NCBI GenBank assembly: GCA_950097015.1
Contig: CATNEN010000008.1
Span: 310,001-374,000 of the forward strand
Length of the DNA: 64,000 nucleotides
Origin: Macrostomum hystrix
Lineage: Eukaryota > Animalia > Platyhelminthes
Direction of reading: 5' to 3'
In this document: piece by piece, positions 46,352 through 57,500 of the stretch
How the letters are laid out: each line of letters begins with the position of its first letter
How positions within the stretch are numbered: the stretch's first letter is position 1
Made by a program: the position numbers and the translations under genes
Notes under the pieces: model-generated
Told to the model about the DNA's origin: nothing
Seen by the model: the letters and a program-made list of their open reading frames with translations, nothing else
The model's database searches: none

Positions 46352-49074
46352 TCAGAACAGGCCGCAGTCCTTCAGGTTGTTCTTAATGATGATGTCGATG
46401 ACAGCGTCGAACACCACCTTGATGTTGTTGGTGTCTGTGGCGCAAGTGAAATGTGTGTAGATTGTCTTCGTAGCCTTGCGCTTGTTCAAGTCCTCAAACT
46501 TCATTCGAATGTACTGGCTGGCCTCTTCGTAATTGTCCGCGCCCGGGTACTCGTCGAAGCAGATGGTCAATGGAGCTCCTCTTGATCTTCTCCTCGAAGA
46601 GGTCGCGCTTGTTCAGGAACAAGATGATGGAGGTGTTGACGAACCACTGCGAGTTGCAGATTGACTCAAACAGTCGCATAGACTCAGTGCATCCGGTTCG
46701 TAGTCTGGTCTTCAACCAGTTTGAGATCGTACTCAGACATGGCGACTAGGAATAGGATAGCCGTGACGCCTTCGAAGCAGTGCATCCACTTCTTGCGCTC
46801 CGAGCGCTGGCCGCCTGCGGATAGGCGAGGGCGAGGTGTGAGAGAGATGGCGAATGCCGAATATCAACGCGAAGGACTGGATGGCTGAGGGGTTGGAATG
46901 GTGAAAGGCCAGAGAAGGCAATGGATTTCGATGGCGATGGATTGGAATGGCGAAGGATTGGGAGGGCGAAGGAATAGAAGGGGCGAAGGATTGGGAGGGC
47001 GAAGGAATAGAAGGGCGAAGTATTGGAAGGGCGAAGGATTGGTAGGGCGAAGAATTGGAAGGGCGAGGAATTGTGAGGGCGAAGGATTGGGATGGCGAAG
47101 GATTGGGAGGGCGAAGGATTGGGAGGGCGAAGGAATAGAAGGGCGAAGTATTGGAAGGGCGAAGGATTGGGAGGGCGAAGAATTTGAAGGGCGAGGAATT
47201 GAGAGGGCGAAGGATTGGGAGGGCGAAGAATTTGAAGGGCGAGGAATTGAGAGGGCGAAGGATTGGGAGGGCGAAGGATTGGGAGGGCGAAGGATTGGGA
47301 GGGCGAAGGATTGGGAGGGCGAAGGATTGGGAGGGCGAAGGATTGGGAGGGCGAAGGATTGGGAGGGTGAAGGATTGGGAGGGTGAAGGATTGGGAGGGC
47401 GAAGGATTGGGAGGGCGAAGGATTGGGAGGGTGAAGGATTGGGAGGGCGAAGGATTGGGAGGGCGAAAGAATAGAAAGGCGAAGTATTGGAAGGGCGAAG
47501 GATTGGGAGGGCGAAGAATTGGAAGGGCGAGGAATTGGGAGGGCGAAGGATTGGGATGGCGAAGGATTGGGAGGGCGAAGGATTGGGAGGGCGAAGTATT
47601 GGAAGGGCGAAGGATTGGGAGGGCGAAGAATTTGAAGGGCGAGGAATTGAGAGGGAGAAGGATTGGGAGGGCGAAGGATTGGGAGGGCGAAGGATTGGGA
47701 GGGCGAAAGATTGGGAGGGCGAAGGATTGGGAGGGCGAAGGATTGGGAGGGCAAAGGATTGGGAGGGTGAAGGATTGGGAGGGTGAAGGATTGGGAGGGC
47801 GAAGGATTGGTAGGGCGAAGGATTGGGAGGGCGAAGGATTGGGAGGGCGAAGGATTGAGAGGGTGAAGGATTGGGAGGGTGAAGGATTGGGAGGGCGAAG
47901 GATTGGTAGGGTGAAGGATTGGGAGGGCGAAAGAATAGAAAGGCGAAGTATTGGAAGGGCGAAGGATTGAGAGGGCGAAAGAATAGAAAGGCGAAGTATT
48001 GGAAGGGCGAAGGATTGGGAGGGCGAAGAATTGGAAGGGCGAGGAATTGGGAGGGCGAAGGATTGGGAGGGCGAAGGATTGAGAGGGCGAAGGAATAGAA
48101 GGGCGAAGTATTGGAAGGGCGAAGGATTGGGAGGGTGAAGGATTGGGAGGGCGAAGGAATAGAAGGGCGAAGGATTGGGAGGGCGAAGAATTTGAAGGGC
48201 GAAGGATTGGGAGGGCGAAGGATTGGGATGGCGAAGGATTGGGAGGTCGAAGAATTGGAAGGGCGAAGGATTGGGAGGGCGAAGAATTTGAAGGGCGAAG
48301 GATTGGGAGGGCGAAGGAATAGAAGGGCGAAGTATTGGAAGGGCGAAGGATTGGGAGGGCGAAGAATTTGAAGGGCGAAGGATTGGGACGGCGAAGGATT
48401 GGGACGGCGAAGGACGGCTAAATGTGCTATATTTTGCTCCTGGTTCAATGTTCAAAGCCTTTCATCTCACCGACATCGTAGACTTTAAAGTCCAAATCTT
48501 TGAAGTGAAAGTGCGTCTCCACAATGCCGGTGGTCTTAACCCGGCTCCTGAGCACATCCTGCTCAGTTGGCAGGTAGCCCGGAGCGGCCAGGCGGTCGAG
48601 CGAGTCCAGGTAGTAACCAGCCGAGTCGTTCAGCTGGTACTCCTTGGCCCTGGCGAAGCACTCCTTCACCGTCGGCTCCTCCCATAGGCGGCGCAGGGCG
48701 GCCACCAGCTCGGTCGGGAAGTCGCCCTCCTCAGCAGATTTGATGTATCCACTGACTGTCTTGGCGTCGGATTTGACAGCCTCGCTGGTCTCGATGCCCA
48801 GTGTGTCCAGCGCCTGCAGTATAGTTGCCATGCTCTGCACTGTATTGGCGTACACAATGGCCACGTACTCCTTGCGCTCCTCCTCCGAATAGCCTTTGCC
48901 GTGAATGATAGTCATCTGCTTCAAGATGGTGCTCTTGCCGCACTCGCCTGCGCCCAGGAGCAACAGTTTCACCTCCTTCATCGACTTCTCGGCGTCGGCT
49001 CGCAGCTGGCGCTCAATCTGGCGATTCTTGTTGTCCTGGTTCTTGTCCACCGGGGCACTGTTGGCGCAACCCAT
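46352..49074 (-). CDS. GNAI: G protein alpha-i subunit (exons 49074-48471, 46814-46352); two +1 frameshifts in exon 2 as assembled
   Basis: MGC N-terminus, [42 protein letters not shown]-terminal NLKDCGLF. Extra bases at about 46686 and 46574 break the frame. Confidence 0.9.
46900..48415. repeat. Degenerate 16-bp-based G-rich array (GGGCGAAGGATTGGGA) filling the G-alpha intron
   Basis: Occupies nearly all of intron 46815-48470. Confidence 0.95.
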
Positions 49075-49663
49075 TGCTGCTGCTCTCTCTGCTGGCTAAG
49101 AAAACTGGGAAGCAAACTGCAGGAATTGGCGCGCTCGGCTGTCGCCTGTTTTCCCATTTTGTTCCCGAGCGTCTCCCCTCTCCACTGCCTCCAAACCTCC
49201 TCGGCGACTGCTCTCGGCCAATCAGGCGTCACTCTAAAAATATTGGCTGGCCTTAGCGAGGAGGGAAGAAATGAAAGGAGGGAGAATAACAAGCTTGGTT
49301 CTCAGCAATTGTGTGATAGCGTTCCTGGTCTTGAATTAGGAAGGTGTCTGACTGACGGAGACTTGCGTTTTTAATGAAACACCTACGCATTTCTTTGAAT
49401 AAATTCAAGGTCAACCCACGGACCTTTCTTTGGTCTCGCTATTGATTGGATTTTTTTATTTGGCCATGTATACGAAGTAAAACTTAAATATCGGTGATTA
49501 AGTTCCATGAAAGCAAATTTTCTTGCGCTATCAAACGACTTTCTAGAATATACAAAACTTTTTGACAATATTTGATGAGCTTTAATTAGATGAGCCTCTT
49601 GATTTTTTACAAGCTTGTGGATAAGTTTGTTCAAAAAACAAGTTCCTCCTCACTACTCCGTAC

Positions 49664-50546
49664 TGTGATTGGCTGTTGGCCGATTCTCTATCTGATAACC
49701 CTCACGCCACGCTCTAGCCCTCGTTGACTCTCTGATTGGCTGTTGGCCGATTCTCTATCCGATAACCCTTAAGTCACGCTCTAGCCCTCGTTGACTCTCT
49801 GATTGGCTGTTGGCCGATTCTCTATCCGATAACCCTCACGCCACGCTCTAGCCCTCGTTGACTCTCTGATTGGCTGTTGGCCGATTCTCTATCCGATAAC
49901 CCTTAAGTCACGCTCTAGCCCTCGTTGACTCTCTGATTGGCTGTTGGTCGATTCTCTATCTGATAACCCTCACGCCACGCTCTAGCCCTCGTTGACTCTC
50001 TGATTGGCTGTTGGCCGATTCTCTATCCGATAACCCTCAAGTCACGCTCTAGCCCTCGTTGACTCTCTGATTGGCTGTTGGCCGATTCTCTATCTGATAA
50101 CCCTCACGCCACGCTCTAGCCCTCGTTGACTCTCTGATTGGCTGTTGGCCGATTCTCTATCCGATAACCCTTAAGTCACGCTCTAGCCCTCGTTGACTCT
50201 CTGATTGGCTGTTGGCCGATTCTCTATCCGATAACCCTCACGCCACGCTCTAGCCCTCGTTGACTCTCTGATTGGCTGTTGGCCGATTCTCTATCCGATA
50301 ACCCTGACGCCACGCTCCAGCCCTCGTTGACTCTCTGATTGGCTGTTGGCCGATTCTCTATCCGATAACCCTCACGCCACGCTCTAGCCCTCGTTGACTC
50401 TCTGATTGGCTGTTGGCCGATTCTCTATCCGATAACCCTCAAGTCACGCTCTAGCCCTCGTTGACTCTCTGATTGGCTGTTGGCCGATTCTCTATCTGAT
50501 AACCCTCACGTCACGCTCTAGCCCTCGTTGACTCTCTGATTGGCTG
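49664..50546. repeat. 67-bp minisatellite, 13 full units plus a partial one, with alternating variants
   Basis: GATTGGC at 49667 + 67n up to 50538. Confidence 0.96.
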
Positions 50547-50990
50547 TACAAAATTAAATATATGAAAGTCGAGACAATTTATCAAATCTGCTTTAAAACA
50601 AGTCAAGTCCAGGCCTAAAAACCAAGGCCGGAAAACATTGGAAGTATTAGATGTATTCTAGCGATTGCCAGTATTCTGTTCATAATTCGATAGATAAAAG
50701 AGATAAAACTTAGACAGTAAATATATGAGCACAGTTCAGTTTATTTACGAGAATATCAGCAGATTGAGTTGATAAGCCACCATATTAAAAGGTTATTACT
50801 CGTAGAAGAGATTCTAAACTCAAAAATAGAAATATTGATGAAACTACAGCAAAATAATGGAAGACGCAGTAACAAAAATGGAGAAAGTGATTTCATTTTT
50901 AAAAAATTAACGTTGCATAGTTAAATAGTAGTCGTTCAAACCAGTCCAGGGTTTGTTAATATTTGAAGTAAATTCTCAACAGCCGCCGCA

Positions 50991-51608
50991 TCACAGAATG
51001 CCAGCTGAAGCAACCGCCCCTGTGCCATCCGAAGTCGTTGACTGATAGCCAAGGACGCGGAAATTTTTCAGACAGGTGTTAAACGATAGATTGACGTGAC
51101 CCAAACTGCACACCCGGGTCACCTGGCGACCCTGACCCTGACCTAGGATCTTGGGATCTGTGTAATGCGGCTGATCAGACTGTAGGAAGCCCTGGATAGC
51201 GCTGAATAGCGAGGAAGACTTTGGCGCAAACAATGGGACCCGCTTGACGCAACGGCCCGGCTGCATCGGCAGGTGGCAGACTGCGTAGCCGCGCACCACC
51301 TGCTTGCCCCAGATGTCGGTGCCCAGAGCGGTGATGACCACCTGCGGCCAGCCGTGCGGATTCGTCGCCTTCCAGGTGACGTCGATCGGCATGGCGAAGT
51401 GGTGCATGCCGCGGATATCGTCCGACTTGCTGGACAGCTGCGAGACGGCCTCCTCCAAGCCGAGGACCCGCTCCCAGTCCTCGCCGTGCACGAACTGGTA
51501 CATGAGGAAGATGAAGTCGTAGTGCGGAATCTCCACACTCTCGATCTGGCCGGAGGTGTTCAGTAGGAAGCTGCCGGCTGCTTCCGAGGCGCCCGCGGTG
51601 GCTGTCAT
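50991..51608 (-). CDS. B9D1: B9 domain protein 1 (transition-zone MKS module), intronless
   Basis: FLLNTSGQIES, GEDW..GLEEAVSQ, PIDVTWKATNPHGWPQVV, GKQVVRGY, YTDPKILGQGQGRQVTRV match B9D1. The ATG at 51608 is preferred over the repeat-derived upstream extension. Confidence 0.93.
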   Translation of the reverse strand: MTATAGASEAAGSFLLNTSGQIESVEIPHYDFIFLMYQFVHGEDWERVLGLEEAVSQLSSKSDDIRGMHHFAMPIDVTWKATNPHGWPQVVITALGTDIWGKQVVRGYAVCHLPMQPGRCVKRVPLFAPKSSSLFSAIQGFLQSDQPHYTDPKILGQGQGRQVTRVCSLGHVNLSFNTCLKNFRVLGYQSTTSDGTGAVASAGIL

Positions 51609-51659
51609 GCTCTGGTCAGGCAGCCGACGATATCGCTGGAATGTGTGAAGATGGGAAAA

Positions 51660-52260
51660 GAGTCGAAACGGGAAGGCAGTGTCGAAATGGAAGGAGAAAG
51701 TGTCCAAAGAGAAGGAGAAGGCGTCGAAATTGAAAAATAAAGTGTCGAAAAAGAGATTGATGAAGAAGATGACGAAATGGAAGGAGTTGGTGTCCAAAAT
51801 ACGTGGAGAATGTGTCGAAATGGATTGAGAACATGACGAAATGGAAAGACAAGGTGGTGAAATAGATGAAGAAGGTGTCGAAATAGATGGAGAGGTTGTC
51901 GAAATAGATGGAGAATGTGTCGAAATAGATGGAGAATGTGTCAAAATGGAAGGAGAAAGTTTCTAAATTAAAGTAGAGTGTCGAAATCGATGGAAACTGT
52001 GTCGAAATGGATGGAGGCGTCGAAATGGATGGACAAACTGTTAAAATAGATGGAGAAGCTTTCGAAATTAAAGGAGATTGTGTCGAAATGAAAGGAGATT
52101 GTGTCGAAATTAAAGGAGATTGTGTCGAAATGAAAGGAGATTGTGTCGAAATTAAATGGAGATTGTTTCGAAATTAAAGCAGAAACTGTCGAAATTGAAC
52201 AAGGTATCGAATGGAAGGTGTCGAAATTGAGGATAAAGTGTCGAAATGAAAGGAGAAACT
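51660..52260. repeat. Degenerate 21-24-bp array (GTGTCGAAAT core)
   Basis: Repeated gtgtcgaaat followed by purine-rich spacers. Confidence 0.85.
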
Positions 52261-52647
52261 GTGTAGACCACGCTTAGCAAATTTTTAAGAAGCACGAATC
52301 GGTTTGCTGAAGTCACTCTTTACTGGCAATAAATATCTTCAAGACTCACAATGGCTCTGAATGCAATACGCCTATTGTGGTATTTGTCAGAATAAAAATA
52401 AACAAAACAAAACAAACAGCTGTGTGAAAAACATTAGACTGTAAAAATATGTATTCTGAAATTTCCCCACTCCTAATAACCTCTTTGACATCATTTCGTT
52501 TTGCTTGACAACACTTTCAGCTTGTTTTTACACAGAAAAGGACAGCTCATGTTCAGGGAAAAAGATAGTAAAAACATAATTTAGTGAAAAAACGAAATAA
52601 ATTGTACCTCAATAACAAGTATTGTAGCACAGCAACACAAGTTTTCA

Positions 52648-52962
52648 TGACCAAAGCTACCCATGACCACAGCTACCCATGACCACAGCTACCCATGACC
52701 ACAGCTACCCATGACCACAGCTACCCATGACCATAGCTACCCATGACCATAGCTACCCATGACCATAGCTACCTATGACCACAGCTACCCATGACCATAG
52801 CTACCCATGACCATAGCTACCCATGACCATAGCTACCCATGACCATAGCTACCCATGACCACAGCTACCCATGACCACAGCTACCCATGACCATAGCTAC
52901 CCATGACCATAGCTACCCATGACCATAGCTACCTATGACCACAGCTACCCATGACCACAGCT
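52648..52962. repeat. 16-bp unit CATGACCA(C/T)AGCTACC, about 19 copies
   Basis: Direct reading. Confidence 0.95.
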
Positions 52963-53098
52963 ACGCATCTGCCCAGCTAGCAGTGACTACAATGGCTGCT
53001 ACAGCTACCCGCAATCTCTGCAATGGCTTCAAGTTATATCTAGAAGTCTTAAAGTACATTTATAAAATAAAAAAAGTGTTTCAAAAAGCCATCTATAA

Positions 53099-53782
53099 TC
53101 ACTTGGTCTTCTCTGGCAGCGGTTCACTCAGTTTGGCATAGATCGGCGCGAAATGGTCCTCCAATTCCGATCGCATGGCAATGAAATTCTGCGTGGTTGC
53201 GTCATGCGCGCCCTGAAGCCATTGTTCTCGCTCGGTGCAGGCCTGGTCGGCCTGTTTCCTCTCCTCCTTATTCAGCCGGCCCTGCAGTTTCTCGGCGTCG
53301 GCGAGTGTTTCTCGCATCGTTCTAATCGTAGCCGCGAATGCGTCTCGGGCCTCGGCCCATTGCAGAAAGTCGACGCACTCAGCGTTGCCGTAGCGTTGAG
53401 CAACTTCAAGGGGCCGCTCCCCGTAGATACTGCAGCGCTGAATGTCGCCTCCCTGAGCGTAGAGAATCTTCAACGCGTCGACGTTGCGCCACGCAGCAGC
53501 CAGATGCATCGCCGTGTAGCCCTCGGCGTTAGTGGCGTTGACATCGGCGCCGCGGTTTAGCACCAGATCCTTGACGATCTCTTGGCGACACATGAACACC
53601 GCAGTGTCTAGGGGACACTTGCCTAGCTCGTTTCGGCCTGACATCAGCTGGCTGATCACCTCCGGCGGATGCGCGTTCGGGTTGTCCAGGGCGTCGATCA
53701 TCGCCCTGTAGCTTCCGCGGTGGATCAGATCGAACAGCGCCTGCTGCGTCAGCTGAATCGGCTCGCCCTCTTCAATCTCCAT
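53099..53782 (-). CDS. ANKRD45: Ankyrin repeat protein, ANKRD45-like, intronless (227 aa)
   Basis: Ankyrin repeats (GADVNATNAEGYTAMHLAAAW), then AQRYGNAECVDFLQWAEAR...KEERKQADQACTEREQWL...FAPIYAKL, as recalled for ANKRD45. Confidence 0.82.
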   Translation of the reverse strand: MEIEEGEPIQLTQQALFDLIHRGSYRAMIDALDNPNAHPPEVISQLMSGRNELGKCPLDTAVFMCRQEIVKDLVLNRGADVNATNAEGYTAMHLAAAWRNVDALKILYAQGGDIQRCSIYGERPLEVAQRYGNAECVDFLQWAEARDAFAATIRTMRETLADAEKLQGRLNKEERKQADQACTEREQWLQGAHDATTQNFIAMRSELEDHFAPIYAKLSEPLPEKTK

Positions 53783-53844
53783 GATTTGCCAGCAGCTGGG
53801 AAGGAACGAGTGTTGGTTGGGCTAGGTCTCCAGATTCGACATAT

Positions 53845-54115
53845 TTATGGGTGTGTGTCTCTAGATATGGTTGTTCTTCGTGTGTGTGTCTCTAGATATG
53901 ATTGTTCTGGGTTCGTGTGTCTCTAGATATGATTGTTCTTGGTGTGTGCGTCTCTAGATATGATTGTTCTTGGTGTGTGTGTGTCTCTAGATATGATTGT
54001 TATTGGTGTGTGTGTCTCTAGATATGATTGTTATTGGTGTGTGTGTCTCTAGATATGATTGTTATAGGTGTGTGTGTCTCTAGATATGATTGTTATAGGT
54101 GTGTGTGTCTCTAGA
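53845..54115. repeat. About 29-bp unit GTGTGTGTCTCTAGATATGATTGTTATTG
   Basis: Direct reading. Confidence 0.92.
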
Positions 54116-54570
54116 CATTATTAATCTACGCAGTTCGATCCCTAGATACGATTATTCTATGTTGGTACATCTCCAGTTACAATTGTTTCGAGGTATGAAA
54201 CAATGTATCTGTAGATACGCCTTATCGTTGTTAGTTTCACAATAATTCTGTGACATCGACTGGTTGCTAGTTATATAAAATTGTTTAAATGAAAGGAGAA
54301 AAATCCAGAAGGTCACTGTATTTGATCCAGTTATTTGTTAGTCAAATTTATCAGAGTAATAATGTTCTGAAGGCCGCTTTAAAACAAGTTAAAGATTTTA
54401 GCTCTAGGCTCTCTTGTGTTTAACATAAGGCACTCATCATTTTAATTTTTTTTGGAAAGAGTAAGATTAAGAAAACGAAAAATGTGAAAAAAAACACCAG
54501 GTAAAAAATATTCTACATTGGAATTAGTTTTGAGTTGGTTTGTCTTAATCGGTTGGGGAAAATGTCGAAA

Positions 54571-57500
54571 TCAACGGTCAGTCAGGTGTACAGCTCTCTT
54601 GTAGTCCTCGATGGCTTCCTGTCGTTTGCCCAGCTTTCCCAGGCAGTCGGCTCGCGATTTCAGCACAACAGGATCGTCGGGTTGGATTAGCAGCGCTGCG
54701 GATGTGGAGATGGTGTGTTCGCGGAAGTAGCGCATTTAAAGTCCGGCAGCTACTGAGGGTGGGCTCCAACATGTCGCATATAGAAGCACGAACTTCTAAT
54801 TGGGAGGTTCGGAGCTCGAATCTTAGGGAACCCTAAGAGTCTAGGGGTCTCTGAGGGTGGGGTTTGTGAGGAGTCTAGGGGTCAGTGAGGGTGGGGTTTG
54901 TGAGGAGTCTAGGGGTCACTGAGGGTGGGGTTTGTGTGGAGTCTAGGGTTCAGTGAGTGTGGGGTTTGTGAGGAGTCTAGGGGTCAGTGAAGGTGGGGTT
55001 TGTGAGGTGTCTGTGAGTCACTGAGGGTGGGGTTTGTGTGGAGTCTAGGGGTCAGTGAGGGTGGGGTTTGTGTGGAGTCTAGGGGTCAGTGAGGGTGGGG
55101 TTTGTGAGGAGTCTAGGGGTCACTGAGGGTGGGGTTTGTGAGGAGTCTAGGGGTCAGTGAGAGTGGGGTTTGTGAGGAGTCTAGGGGTCAGTGAGGGTGG
55201 GGTTTGTGAGGTGTCTGTGAGTCACTGAGGGTGGGGTTTGTGTGGAGTCTAGGGGTCAGTGAGAGTGGGGTTTGTGAGGAGTCTAGGGGTCAGTGAGGGT
55301 GGGGTTTGTGAGGAGTCTAGGGGTCAGTGAGGGTGGGGTTTGTGAGGAGTCTAGGGGTCAGTGAGGTTAGGGTTTGTGTGGAGTCTAGGGGTCACTAAGG
55401 GTAGAAATAGTTGGCCTAGAAAATAATTTTAAAGTAAAGCTTTCGGAAAGAAAACTGTGGCAGCAGGAGCGAAGACTAAAGTCAATGTTTTGTCAAGCGT
55501 CAGCCAGCTAAAAGAGTGCTAAAGTGCTCAGTTTCGCCTGTTACAAATCAGGCTTCACCTGCTCGTCACTCATTAAACTCTTAGTTAGTTGGGTGTCTCC
55601 TAGAAGCAGATCGAACAGAATGGCATTTTTCTGAACGCGGAAAAATTGCACGGTGTAATCAACAGGAGCGAAGCGACTGAGAGCTGTCCTAACCCAAGCC
55701 TTAATTGGTGCTCGGAGACGGAAAAATTCAATGAGGCAGGCAGGGCGGGCCTGTTATTACAAGGCTCTGCTAGATATGCAGCTGTGGTCTAACACAAAAG
55801 CCTGCAGCCTGCCTGCTCTCTTGAGCTCTGGTTGTAATTTTCCCGAATTCCAAGAAAAACGCCCCAATTGCCTCCCGAAGGGTATTATTTTTCTCCCGTT
55901 CAACCGAAGCTTCAGGCAGGATGTGGGAGAGCGAAAAAAACACAGCAAAAGAGAAAGCCACATTTGCCTGAAAGTAATGAGTCACGGCTTCAACTCAAAA
56001 TGCGCCTTCAATCGGGCAGCCTAAACCATCCATTCTCGTACCAAAAACCTCCGAATCCCAAAGCATCCATCCCGAATCCAGAAAAAAACTTCCCACATCC
56101 CAACCTCCGAATCCCAAAGCATCCGTCCAACATCCCAACCTCCGAATCCCAAAGCATCCATCCCACATCCCAACCTCCGAATCCCAAAAATAAACTTCCC
56201 ACATTCTAGAACCCAACAGTGTCAAAGTGGGACTCACCGGCGCTGAAATCAGCTTCAGCCGACTCCAAGTTGCCTGTCCGTACAGCCAGTCTGGCCCTAT
56301 TAAAATAGGCGTGCGCCATGTGCGGACTGAGCTGGATGGCTCTAGTGGCGTCGGCCAAAGCGCCGTCCAGATCGCCGAGAAGTCCGCGCGTCAGGGCTCG
56401 ATTATTGTGCGCTCCCTCGTCAGCGGGATCGATGCGGATGCAGGCGTCGTAATAGCGCAACGCCTGCTGACACTGGCGCTGCTGCAGGTAGACATTCGCA
56501 GCATTGTAGTAGGCCAGGGAGCAGCTCGGCTCTGCCAGCACGGCTTTCTGATAGTCGCGCATAGCCGAGACTCGATCTCCGGCGCACTGTTGAACAACGC
56601 CTCTGGTCACTAGGCTCTCGGCGCTGCTAGGCCGAAGTCGGACAGCTTCGTTGGCGTCCGCCAATGCGCCGTCCAGATTGCGCATCTGGAGCGACACAAC
56701 AGCGCGGCATTCCCACGGCTTCGGCGCGTCAGGCTGGTAGCGAATCGCAGCGCTCAGCTGGTCCCAGGCAGCTCGCATGCGACCCTCCATCTGCAGGCTG
56801 AAGGCCAAGTTGATGCGAGCCGCCAGGTGGCGCGGGTCGCTCATCAGGACTCGCTCGTAGTCGCGTCTGGCGAATTGGATACCGCGCGGACTGCCAAAGT
56901 CCAGGTAGCAATTGGCCCGACCGATGTAGGCGTCAAGGAAGCTCGGATTGGAGTCCAGGGCGCGGCTGAACGCGCGCACCGCCTGCGGTAGGCGACGCAG
57001 ACGGTGGTAGCAGGTGCCGACTGCGTGCAGCAGGCGCTCGTCCTTTGGCCGATCGCGGGCTGCCAACAAGAAGTCGCCAAGAGCGTTCTCTGGATCGCCG
57101 CAGGCAGTCAGATAGAGCAGGCCTCGGTTCACCAGGGCCCGATACCGGAGCCGGCGATCGTTGAGCATCAGGACGACGCCGTAGTCGCGTAGGGCCAAGT
57201 CCGGCTGGCGACTCTCGCCGTGACAGACGGCCCGGTTGAAGTAGGCCAGCGCGCAGGAGCGATCAATTTCGATGGCTCTGGTCAGGTCGTCCGCGGCTAA
57301 TCCGTAGGCGCGAATGCGGCACTTGATGGAGCCACGGTACAGCAGGGCGCGTAGGCACTGCGGCTGCAGCCTGAGAGCTTCATTGCAGTTCAGAATGGCT
57401 TTGCTGTAGCGGCCCTCGCTGGCGTAATGCGCTGCCCGCGACAGATACACTTGGTACATGGCCGGGTTAATAGCCAGCGCATGGTTCAGGTCCTGCACTC

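Noticed and set aside
44813-48455. Long low-complexity ORFs over arrays (e.g. 46733-48448, 45468-46037, 38766-39538, 40129-40525, 57863-58567, 2719-3270)
   Set aside because: They are stop-free by-products of tandem repeats lying in introns or intergenic DNA, with no unique in-frame coding context (unlike the 39-bp array).
51609-51944. 112-aa N-terminal extension of B9D1
   Set aside because: It is translated degenerate repeat upstream of a clear splice acceptor; B9D1 similarity starts just after the ATG at 51608.
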